DNA from: Neophaeotheca triangularis
Taxonomy: Eukaryota
Direction of reading: 5' to 3'
DNA length: 64,000 nucleotides
NCBI GenBank assembly: GCA_054600435.1
Contig: BAAIJX010000016.1
Location: forward strand, 1 to 64,000
Positions within the stretch are counted from its first letter, which is position 1; the number at the start of each line of letters is the position of its first letter. Made by a program: the position numbers and the translations under genes. This document shows positions 36,157 to 47,208 of the stretch, in pieces. A model generated the notes under the pieces. That model had not been told where the DNA came from. It saw nothing but the letters and a program-made list of their open reading frames with translations, and did not search any database.

Positions 36157-37861
36157 TCACGATAAGAGTGAGATCTCAACACCCGTGACACCCGTGACAG
36201 TGTAATCCACCGGTCCACCATCAAGCACCCTAGTCCTTGGGAGACACAACTCCACATGCTCGCCTTCCAGATTGTCAAAGACCTGACCATACTCGCGCTA
36301 ATGAACCGTCAGCAGTCGAATGCAGAAACCCAACAATCTTCTAGATGCTCACCTCGGTAACCTCGATAAACTCCTCATAAATCCCATCCTCCTCCATCTG
36401 CGCTCTAACGTGACCCGCAACGCCCCCCAAAAGCGCAACAGCCGTGGTAATCTTGCCCTCCCAGCTAACAGAATTCGAAATTGCCGTGCCGTCGAAACGC
36501 TCGCTGTCGGCACTGCCGTAGCAACTCTGCATTCTCTTCGCGGAGACCATGTCCCTGCAAATATCATTAGCAGCCGATGCCCCCGACCGGACTGAAGTCA
36601 ACTCACCACCACCACACCATCCCCACAGCCCTCTCTTCCCCTCCACCATAAGCGTAGAGAAGACACTATAAGGCGCGACAACACCGAGCTCCTGCCGCGT
36701 CTCCTCCGCCACGCTCGGCACTCCAGCCGCGGCAACATAATCCCGCTCCCCATCCACAACGCCATGAACCGAAGCAAACATCCCCGGCACCCCCAAAGCA
36801 GCCGAGTTACAAGTCCGCACTCTTTCCGCATTGGTATAAACCCGCCGCACAACATCAACGTCCAAATGCGGCAGCTCGAGAACCTTCCACTGCTCACGCG
36901 ACGAGAACCAGTAGCCTTCTTACACTGTGATCGGCCCGAAACCGTGCGCCTCGAACTTTCTTCTTCTAAGCCGCGGCCGTTTGTACGTCCAGAGAGCGGC
37001 TTTGCCAGCGCTGTGCAGATTTTCGAAGAAGTACAGCCACCAGGTGAAGAGCTCGCCTTCGTGGGGGTCGTCGAGGCGGTCGGAGCCCTCGCATGAGTAG
37101 ATTTGGTCCGGGTGTGTTGGGTGTAGTGATTGGTTGAAAGTTGCCATTTCGCAGACGGCGCCGTCGGAATTGCGGTAGAAAATCTGTGCGGCATTGGCGG
37201 AGGCGTAGTCGAGCCAGTCTAGCCAGCCGGCACCTAGAACTTGGAAATGCTTCTTGTTGCTTTTGAGGAGCACGCGCGTTGCTGCGTAGACGGCCCAGAG
37301 CAATTGGCCATTGCCCAGTGACGATAGGAGGTTGGATCTATGGCGCGCTGGCCTGATGGCGTTGTAGGTGTCGTCGTACCATGGCAGAAAGCCACCAAAG
37401 CCAAGGAAGCTCGCGTTGAAGTGCAAGTAAGTCTGCCCCTTCCGGTGCATGATGTTGTAGGCGACTGCAGGCGCTGCAGCGTGGTTCCAAGGCGCTACGA
37501 AACGACCTGCGTCTGGATGCTCGTCCAAAGCGTGGACAAGCACCATGATCTGCAGTGCTTCGGTGCTGGCGGAGCTGCTATTGTCCCTCCCAGCACCATC
37601 GGATGAAACAAGGCCTGTGATGGGATCCAGCAAGGCACCATCATAGGTCATGCCATTTGTGCCCTTGTAGCCAATCCCTGGTTTCGCGAATTTGCCCTCC
37701 CAGTACAGGAGACCATGGATTAGCGGCTCTGGGTCGCGAAGAATCTGCTGCTGGTCAAATAGAGGAGCAAATCGGCATGGTGGATTTTGAGAATCTGAAG
37801 TGTGATTGAGGGTCCAAAATTGGAGAATAATTGATAGGAGAAGTACCGCGAGACTTGACAT
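36157..37861 (-). pseudogene. Disabled endo-beta-1,2-glucanase (GH162, TfSGL-like); may extend to about 38469
   Basis: Collinear with the family as I recall it: CRFAP...LLYWEGKF...NGMTYDG...GFGGFLPW...DPHEGELFTWWL...GPITV*EGYWFSS...NAERVRTCNS...PGMFAS. In-frame TAA at 36920-36922 and an apparent frameshift near 36630-36640. Confidence 0.8.
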
Positions 37862-38096
37862 CAAGATCACTACTGAAGGCCTATGCTCAGGGTGGAGATA
37901 GAGCAGATCGTCCATCTGGCTATGTCACTTACTCTTCGAGCACGTGAGGCGAGCAAAGAAAACAGTTCTTGTGATGGAGCGGAGGTACAATAAGGTAGTA
38001 AAAGTATTGTTGGCAGGCTTCTTTGCTAGATTGCTGTAAGGCAGGTGTTTGTGAAAAGTGCCCAAGAGCAAAGCCCCGATTGAGATACCACCAAGA

Positions 38097-38281
38097 GCAG
38101 CCGGAATATCTCTCAAGCGTCTATAACCACGTAAGGAGTGCCACATAGATGTATCTTGGTCTGCTGGTATGACATGGTGCAAAGAGGCGCAGCCGGAATA
38201 TCTCTCAAGCGTCTATAACCACGTAAGGAGTGCCACATAGATGTATCTTGGTCTGCTGGTATGACATGGTGCAAAGAGGCG
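38097..38281. repeat. Exact 92-bp tandem duplication
   Basis: GCAGCCGGAATATCTCTCAAGCG...GGTGCAAAGAGGC at 38097-38188 and again at 38189-38280. Confidence 0.95.
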
Positions 38282-38824
38282 TGGCAGCGGCAGTCCATTG
38301 TGCTGCAAAATGGTGGTCCAGTCTTCGTCCGCTCTGCTTTTCGAGAAGGCAGAGCTGTCTCGACATGTAAATTACAGGATAGACCAAAGGGCGTTGAAGG
38401 CCGTCCCGTACTCAAAGACTGTCGATAGGTTGATCTTGTCTCGTTACACGACATCGTAGGATGGTGCATCCAGCTCAAGATCTGTGTTGATATGCAAGAC
38501 CGAGCGCGGTGGAAGACGTGGCATTGTTGTATGTATTGATACTTACCCCTAAGACCATTTGTAGTCGTACGACACGATTATGTGATGGTTTTGCAAGAGG
38601 CAAAGCTGGTGTGGTGTATGTGGTAGTAAAGGTTGGGATGAGGTTGGCCTACCTCGCGGACGCAGTGGCAGGATTTGCAAGAATCCGCCAAGCCGGCGAT
38701 AAGATAAGATGGGCCGCATGTTTAGCTTCAACTTCAGATAAGTTTGCCGTAACCACAACACCATCAGTTTTGTTAGACTGCCCCCAGGAGTAAAGATATA
38801 GCCAGTGGACCAGTTCAGGAAGGC

Positions 38825-40014
38825 ATGTCGGCCTCTTTACCAGGCAGTAGGCAGCTGCCCGCCTCTCAGTATGATCTCGACACGTACTGGGGCAGAGTGC
38901 GCCATTCTGCAGACCTAGCAGACCCGAGGTATGATTGTTCTGTCCGGGAGGTGCCTTGATCCCACGGGTCAGTATACACACGGGAGATGCTACTCGCCGG
39001 CACTTTGCTTTTCTGGAAGTTTGAAGATGCTGACATTCCTGCGCCAGGACTCTTTTCACCTCCTCTACAGGACTGGAACATGCCAAATCCCTTGTCACGC
39101 AGTACAAGACGGGCAAGGTGCAGCATATGACACCGGAACTATGGCAAGCGAAGAAGACCATCGACTCGACTCTCCACCCTGGTATGTAAAGCCCTACTGT
39201 CTTATATATCGCCCATCAACTAACATGAAAACGCGCAGATAACGGCCAGCCTGTCCTTCTGCCCTTCCGCATGTCCTGCTTCGTCTTCTCCAATCTCGTT
39301 GTGACAGCCGGCATGCTCACTCCCAACCTGAGCACTGCAGGTACCCTGGGTTGGCAAATCACGAACCAGTCTCTCAATGTTGCCATCAACAGCGCCAACG
39401 CAAACAAGAGCACCCCACTTTCATATTCAACAATGGCCCAGTCCTATGTGCTTGCAGTAGGAGCAAGTTGTGGTGTGGCTTTGGGTCTCAACAGTCTGGT
39501 TCCGAGGTTAAGGGGGCTTTCCCCAGCAGCAAGAACAACTCTAGGTCGGCTGGTCCCTTTTGCGGCTGTCGCGTCTGCAGGAGCACTCAACGTCTTCCTG
39601 ATGCGTGGTGAAGAGATCCGAAAAGGGATAGACGTCTACCCATCTGAGTCTGCATCAGCTCGGCAGGCTCGCGAAGAGAAAAATTTGCCCCTAGCCCCAT
39701 TGGGTAAGAGCAAGAAGGCAGCGACTATTGCTGTCGGCGAAACAGCGCTGTCCCGTGTTCTGAATGCTACACCGATCATGGTCCTGCCCCCACTCATCCT
39801 AGTTCGACTACAGCAAACGGACTTGTTGAAACAGCGACCGAGGATGGTGTTGCCCTTGAATCTGGGGCTCATTTTCACAACCAGCATCTTCGCCTTGCCA
39901 CTTGCGCTTGCTGCGTTCCCCCAGCGGCAGGCTGTCAACGCGAAGAGATTGGAGAAGGACTTTTGGGACATGGGTGGAGAAAATGGAATGGTAGAATTCA
40001 ACAGAGGCATTTGA
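38825..40014 (+). CDS. FSF1: Sideroflexin (mitochondrial tricarboxylate/serine carrier family), 3 exons
   Basis: MSASLPGSRQLPASQYDLDTYWGRVRHSADLADPR|TLF...KKTIDSTLHP|DNGQPVLLPFRMSCFV...WQITNQSLNVAINSANAN...RLVPFAAVASA...FNRGI*. Confidence 0.92.
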
Positions 40015-41618
40015 GCGAGGTTTAAGCCAGTTGATCGAGGCGTACTGCGACGTCGTCCTCAAGTCCATCGATCGTAGCGAAAGACCAAGGAGACTGCCCG
40101 ACGACGTGGCCAACGTTGATGGAAGGCCTCGGACTCACTCGCCATAAAAAGTAAGGCTATGCAGTGCGAAGCGTGCCGTTATCTCGACATCTACCGGCTC
40201 CCTCCTCAGATAAGGGACGTTCCGATCATCCCGAAATACACTTACATGCGTGCGCGGGGCCTTTACGGAGATTTAGGGTTCGATGTTGACACGGTTGTCA
40301 CGGATACATTGAGAATTCGAGGATCGAAACAGCGCGACACTGTGCTATCATGGAGTCCCGTTGTAGCTCTGGCACGTCGGCCCAGAGGTGAGGCTATCGA
40401 TTCACAGAGTCGGCAATAGCAGCAAAAGCCCAGTACCAATTGGCGGGCGGAGCGAATTTAGCGGCGCCTCACGCTGCCGTTGACCCAGAGTTTAGATAGT
40501 GATATCCACCCCCAGACGAATCTCCGCTGAGTCGTTAACCTGCCCCCTTAGTCTACGTCTCAAAAAGCCCTACACCTAGTATACCTAGGTAATATCCGCG
40601 ATTACTCCGCAAGATGGGCATGTTCATGATCCCCGACTTTGGCGAGCGTTGCATGGCGCCTAGATCTTGGCACTCGCTAATTGCACCTCCGCACCGCTCA
40701 GCCTATGTCAGGATGCATACTTAGCCGGCAACTAAAATACCTAGGTATGAGGGTTTCTTGATGGCCGATCTGGCACGCGACGCCTCTTAAGCCGCCATCC
40801 GGACTCCCGAGAACGCCAATCGCCCAACCGCGACAATACAATAATAATAAGGCTAGATGGCAGCAAGGCCAAGGTAGATACGCCCGTCCCCGCGGCCACA
40901 AAGCAATGACGATCCATCGAAAACACGTGACAGTCTTCTCAGTCCCTTGGCTACCGACGTCCAATCAGCGTCTGGACCCGAGGATCAAGTTCTCCTCCAC
41001 ATCATCATGCCCAGCTCGAAGTACCTTATCAAACGCAGCAGTAGTAGTGCTCCAAGTGTTGGAGACTTCTGCTACCAACTTCTGCTATCGCTGGCGCCTC
41101 TCAAGAGTCAAGACCTCTTGTTATCTTTTGAGACGGCAAGCCTTCCCTCATCAGGCAATCAAAAGCACTTCTTCTTCAATTGCTTAGTCCTGCAATCGGT
41201 CTCGGTGCCTGCGTTCGTTGAAACTCGGCACACGATGGTTGCCCAGCCCGGTGCACCCACCATGTTCTAGTAGGTGGTTGTAAACTTGTATAGCATCGCA
41301 CGTTCGTCCAGCCTGCGACCCTGCGGTTTCGGTATCCACCCACTTCACGCCAAGTCCAGCGCTAAATTCAGTCCCGTTTTTTCTTCTGCGAGGACTGCTC
41401 TCGCTGGGTTATGAGACGTTCTTTTCCAATCAACTCCTGTGGCCTAGATGACCCACTAGGTATTAGTAGCGTCCCTCTCTCTCGAATGTTCCTCATCATT
41501 TACTTTCTCCGTTCCCTCTTTGGCTTTCTTCTCCCCAAGTTGCGGAGTAACACACTGTCTTTCAAAACGCAAAACTGCTTCCGATCATCGTACATCAAGA
41601 CATTGGCCAATACACATT

Positions 41619-44328
41619 ATGGACACGCTCAAGAGACTCGTCGGCAAGGCGAAGCCCAAGGGGCAACAAACCGAGGACGGGCGCGATCAATGGCCGACTC
41701 GCATTTCATACATTCTGGCATCTATGGGGGGCGCTGTGGGGATGGGCTCTTTGCTCAGGGTGAGACCTCTGTGTGTTTGGCTTGCTCACTCGGACGTTGC
41801 TAACTCCTGTGGCGTTGTAGTACCCATCAGTCGCTTTCTTGAACTACGGTAGGCAGTCATTGTTCAGCTGCTTTCGTGAATGTCTGCTAAATCTTCTCTA
41901 GGCCTACAGTGGTTCATTCCCTATCTGATGTCGCTTTTCCTTATCGCCATTCCTCTCCTGATGCTCGAGATTGCCATTGGACAAGCCTATCGAGGCGGGC
42001 CCGTTCTCGCCTACGATCACTTGAACAAGAGGTTGAAGGGAACTGGGTTTGTACGTCTCTCCCTCCTCTAGTACGGCACCAGGACGATCGCTGACATGTC
42101 GAATAGGGAGTCATCATGATTGGATTCGCAGTTTCAAATTATTTCGTCCCGATTCTGGCTTGGGTCATGGTGTATTTCCGCGCTTCTTTCCAAAACCCTT
42201 TCCCGTGGGAGGGCAGAATTAACGAATTCTGGGAGCAAGACGTACTCCAGGCCCCCGACCCGGTGCTGGGGGATAATGGTTGGCTCCAATACAACTCGAC
42301 TGGCTTCCTTGGAGAGATTACCGGCTGGAACATCTTCACATGTGAGTGTTGCTGTCGTCTTATTTTAACAGGTTAGATGGGCTGACAATGTATGAATCTA
42401 GGGTTCGTTGTGTGGTTGTGCTCAGGTAAGACTTATTTGACTACCTCGATCAGGTTGCGGAACATTCAATACTGACGCAAAAAAGTTGGCGGTATCACCA
42501 GTCTCGTAAGTTTCAAAGACACCTGACAACTTGAGCAAATGCGCTAACCACCAATCCAGGGCTGGGTCGTGTACGCGTTCTCCGTTCCCCAAAAAAACCA
42601 CCGTCGTTTTCTGACTTGAAGCTCCAGCTACATTTCTATGGGCCTTCCCATCGTCCTCGTCATCATATTGATTGGTGGCTCGGCCACGCTCCCCAACGCC
42701 ATTGACGGTATTTCTCTCGCAAACTCCTCGCCTCATCAGTTTTAGAGCTAACCTCCTCATTTGTTAGGTATTCGCATGTACATGTTGGTGGCCTCACCCG
42801 AGCTTTGAATAGGGCCCGAGCTTGGAAGCTAACGTTTTTCCAGGGGAACCTTTCGAGGTGAAGTCCTTGCAGACGGTGCTATCTGGCAGGCGGCCTGTGG
42901 CCAGATCTTCTTCAGCACCGGAGTTGTAAGTCGGGACTGTTCTACGATGTACTAGAGCTACGAAGCTAATAAAGAGTACAGGGTTTCGGCTACTACACCT
43001 CCTACGCCTCGTACAACGCGAAGATGGCAAATGCCGTCCAAGACGCGTGGATCATCGGATGCGCGAACTCATTCTTCGAGGTCGTTGCTGCCTTTGCGGT
43101 TTTCTCCGTCGTAGGAAATCAAGAGCTGCGCCCCGAGGATGGAGTCCAACTCGGGTATGATCAAGCAACTCTCCCTATTCTTTGCCATTACTGACAGCTC
43201 CGAAGAACATACACAGTTGGATTCTTGACATACCCCGTCGCCATCAGCGCTCTTCCTGGAGCCAACTTCTGGGCGGTATTGTTTTTCCTCACCATTATGC
43301 TGATCGGTGTTTCCTCGACCTTTGCTATGCTCGAGGCTGTCATCACCCTGCTCATGGACACCGATATGGCAAAAAGGATTCCCTGGAAGCCCCGTGTCGT
43401 CGTTACGACAGTCACCGTAACGATAACCGGTCTAATCTCGCTGATTTACTGTACCGGATTCGGCTGTAAGTTTACAGCATTAGATCTTTTGCCATTACTA
43501 TGCTAATGTTCACGCCAGACCACCTACTCAACGCCGTCGACCAATGGATCAACAACGTAGCCCTTGTATTCGTCGTCTGGAGCGAAGCTGTCTGCTCCCA
43601 AACCGTTTACCGCTGGCACGACGTGGTTGACCAACTCGGCCTGCCCGCTTTTGTCATTTACAACTTCGGTTACATTGGCGGCATGGTCATTGGTGTAGTC
43701 GTTGCCCAAGCCGTGTCAGCGCCCGCTGGTGCTGGTGCCGGTTTCGGCATCTTCATCGTTTGCACGATTGTTTCAGTTCTAATTGCCAGGACACCCACAT
43801 TCAAGGCAGCTCGTTTCTGGGGCAAGAACAGCATTGCCAGCCGCTTCTGGTGGTTGGCTTTCTACCAGGTAAGTAAGGCGTATGACCCCGGCATTCCTCC
43901 AAGCTGACCAACCGAAACAGGGCAACCAACTGCGCCACGACCTCGACTACCACATCGCCCACGGCAAGAACTGGAACATCCCGATCTTCCATGGTGTGCT
44001 CGTGCGCTACGTCTCGGGTCCTATCCTCATGATTATCCTGAGCTTCGCGTACAGAGACCTGGACGGCGTGTCCAACGACCCCCTGCACATTTTCGGCTTT
44101 ATCGTCGCCCACTGTGTCATGGTTGCCATCGCCCTTGGCTTTGTGGTACCTCGGATGTTCGACGTCTTCATCCCTGCCACCCGACGCGACGAGAAGGTTA
44201 TCCGCACCGACCCTATGGAAGTGATCACTGGCGACATGAACGCCAGCGATTCCTTGGAAGCTGGACAAGGATCCGATTCCGATGTTCCTCCTGAGAAGAA
44301 GAAGGACGGTATTGTTGACGTGAAGTGA
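41619..44328 (+). CDS. Sodium:neurotransmitter symporter (SLC6/NSS) family transporter, about 14 exons
   Basis: RDQWPTRISYILASMGGAVGMGSLLR|YP, FIPYLMSLFLIAIPLLMLEIAIGQ, IWQAACGQIFFSTGVGFG..SYASYN, LTYPVAISALPGANFWAVLFF. Confidence 0.9.
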
Positions 44329-44395
44329 GATGGAGTGACTTGATGACATGATGCCGCATGCGATCCCTCCCGAAGCAACCTTTGCCCTAGCGACT

Positions 44396-44720
44396 CGACT
44401 CTCAGCCCCTGCGACTTGACAATTTTCTTGCGGGATCTTCAGCCCTTTGCGACTTGACCATTGACCGCAGGATCCTCAGCCCTTTGCGACCTGACTTTGA
44501 ACCACAGGATCTCCGCCCTTTGCGACCTGACCGATTACCACAGGATCTTCAGCCCTCTGCGAATTCTCCATCTGCCACGGGATCCTTAGCCCTTTGCGAC
44601 TCGACCATATGCCATGGGATCCACAGCCCTCTGCGACTTGACAGTTTGCCACAGGATCCTCAGCCCTTTTGACCTTGACTGCCAGCCACATGATCCCAGC
44701 CCTTAGCGACTTGACCATCA
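44396..44720. repeat. 37-bp tandem array (about 9 diverged copies)
   Basis: Units start at about 44396 (degenerate), 44433, 44470, 44507, 44543, 44580, 44617, 44654 and 44691. Consensus GGATCYTCAGCCCTYTGCGACYTGAC-N6-CCACR. Confidence 0.92.
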
Positions 44721-45922
44721 GCGACTGACAGCTTGGCCGAATGCGACTACGGTTTCCTCAGATGAACCCACATAGAGGAGGATTTGCACTTGGGACTGTT
44801 ACGAAGGCTGACTGGCAGGATGGGGTGCCCTAGAGTCGAAGACGAGGTTCGATATCGAGAGCGACAAAACGACAACCCCCGTGCGACATTATTAGTCTAT
44901 AATCACGCCATTGCGACCTTAATACAGTACCCCAAAAGTTTGAATTGTTCTTCATTTGCTCGGCCCAAGTACAGGTGATCGATATGTATTTACACAGTTC
45001 TGCTACGACATGATTATATCCAATCGACAACAGCAGATTCACACTTCGCAGGAACAGCTTACAACAATGGTCTAACATTACTTCAAACAAAAGCACAAAT
45101 CCTTTGCGACTAGACGGAACACGGCACGAACAACGCTTGTAGACAAAAGCAACGAGCTGGCGAGAGCATGCCAACGAGCGCATGCGATTACGACCGCGGC
45201 GCCGCGGCTGACCAGAAGCCGTCCCAACAATTTTAACGAAGCTGCAGCAATTCTGCACCGCGCGAACTAGGGATGACGTTAACGATTAGCATAGCAGGCT
45301 CTTCCAAGGCCGCAACTATGCGACTCTTGATATTCAGTAGCGACTAGCGAGATCGTAGCAAAATCGTATCAAACCGGAATGACGAAGGATCAACGACGAT
45401 ATGCACAGCATTTTTGTCCGCCAAGGAGGAGATGTCGTTGACTTAAGTTAAGGTTGGCACCTGGCTTAAGCTAAAGTTTGCCACATCGGCCGGACCGACG
45501 CCCAAAAGCGCCACACCCACGAGCTGCCACACCACGTGCGCAGCCTGACGATACCTGCGCCACATCATCACGTGCTGCTCTGCCTTACCAACGTTACGCA
45601 TCCGACTGCAGCCTGTGGACTTGCAACGACGTAGGAAGTACCTGTAGGAACCTTCTGGTCACTTCTTCTACATTCTGCCCGTCCTATTAGCGATCTCGCC
45701 TCCCATGACGAGTTCCTCTTCTGCCTCTATTGCGTACGAATGTAGCTGCCTGGCCACCGTCGTCTCGTTCATTAAATATGGCCTTATCCACCGCTTCCAG
45801 ATGTCTTTCCCAACACTCCCACAATCACGAGTTCAAACATCAAACTATCAAGCTCGGAATATACAGGATCAGTTCCCTTGAAGATCCTCAGCACATCCAA
45901 CTTTAACTCAAACAGACCAGCC

Positions 45923-46846
45923 ATGGCTTCCGTCCGATACTACAACCAAACCGCCCCTTTGTGGGACTTTATTGCTAGCATGGAGAACCCAGGCTCGAAC
46001 CATCCCCTGTCGACGTTCCTAAGCTCTGGTGATGCGGCCACCGCCGGTCACGACAACGAGCGCCAGCAATCCAACCCCTGGGAAGGTGCGGGATTTCCTT
46101 TTTCGCTCTTCCAGCCTCGCGGAGGGCACCATGAGCCACGTCAACATGGCTGCTCGCCATCTCCGCCAGGCTCGACAGGTGGTCAGGCGCCAGCCAGCGA
46201 CGTTGGAGAAAAGTCAGCCCCTTCCAGAGAGCAGCATTCCAAGGGCGGCCGTTCCGAGTCCGACGCCCCTGGGCCATCCGAGAACGAACGCCACGCCCAC
46301 CACAAAAGCTCCACGGGTCGTTGCGGCGGACCCGGTAGCTGGGGAGGAAAACACCGCGGTTTCCCCTTCGGCCCAGGATCCAATACCAACGACCACGTCG
46401 ACCTCAGCGACCTAGCCCGAGCCTTCCAAGAGCAGCTCTTTGGTGGCACCGGCAACGCCACTACCCCCGCCACCGCTCATCCTCAAGACTTCAGACCCAC
46501 CGCCGACGTCTTTGATGCTCCCGAAAACTATACTGTACATGTTTCGCTGCCTGGAGCGAAGAAAGAAGACGTTGCCGTCTCCTGGGATGCGGAGAAGTCC
46601 GAACTCACCATCTCCGGCGTAGTCTATCGACCGGGTGACGAAGAGCTGTTGAAGACACTTGCACTCGACGAGAGGAAGGAAGTCGGGGCTTTTGAAAGGA
46701 AGGTTCAACTGGGTAGCCGAGTCAACCCTGCTGCGGTGGATGTCGAGGGCATTACTGCGAAGTTGGAAGATGGGATCTTGAGAGTTGAAGTGCCGAAACT
46801 GGGAGACGATGGCTTTGTTGAGGTAAGAAAGGTGGAGGTTGAGTAA
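45923..46846 (+). CDS. Small heat-shock protein (HSP20/alpha-crystallin domain) with long disordered N-region
   Basis: [33 protein letters not shown]...[11 protein letters not shown]...GAFERKVQL...[16 protein letters not shown]...VRKVEVE. Confidence 0.9.
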   Translation: MASVRYYNQTAPLWDFIASMENPGSNHPLSTFLSSGDAATAGHDNERQQSNPWEGAGFPFSLFQPRGGHHEPRQHGCSPSPPGSTGGQAPASDVGEKSAPSREQHSKGGRSESDAPGPSENERHAHHKSSTGRCGGPGSWGGKHRGFPFGPGSNTNDHVDLSDLARAFQEQLFGGTGNATTPATAHPQDFRPTADVFDAPENYTVHVSLPGAKKEDVAVSWDAEKSELTISGVVYRPGDEELLKTLALDERKEVGAFERKVQLGSRVNPAAVDVEGITAKLEDGILRVEVPKLGDDGFVEVRKVEVE

Positions 46847-47208
46847 GATTGATTGCGAGCCGTGTTTATGAGGCTGCTGCTGATTTAACGTACTAATATG
46901 ATACGAAGTCACGATGTACGAGGTTCATTTGATAACACATACTTTACCTTCATAACATTCGATCTCGATGCCATGTATGTGCCAAAGCGAATTGTCCGGA
47001 GAGCGCAAGAGGGAAAGCTAGCGAGCATAGCTCGTACTTTTACACGGGTGAACAGCGGTCACATCGTCTCAATCGTAGAGTCCAAGTATTCGTAGCAAGA
47101 AGTAACCAAGACTAGACCGCAACCCATCTCCTTTCAACACCTACATACCATCCCTGCCCCCACCTCCTCCCTCACCACCGTCTGAACTCACCAACAAAAC
47201 CGACATGA

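Noticed and set aside
36915..36925. GTAAG at the GH162 stop codon as an intron donor that would rescue the ORF
   Set aside because: The sequence immediately after it is collinear, conserved coding sequence (GYWFSS) in the same frame, and no suitable nearby branch site or acceptor preserves it.
44454..44718. ORFs 44454..44672 (+) and 44476..44718 (-) as repeat proteins
   Set aside because: The 37-bp period shifts frame with each unit, so these are by-products of the array.
44396..44720. CRISPR array interpretation of the 37-bp repeats
   Set aside because: The variable part is only about 6 nt, the repeats are degenerate, there are no cas genes, and the context is eukaryotic.
44430..44720. Hammerhead ribozyme (minus strand has repeated CTGA[G/A]GA)
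   Set aside because: There is no conserved GAAA (it reads CGCAAA) and no stem II/III pairing.
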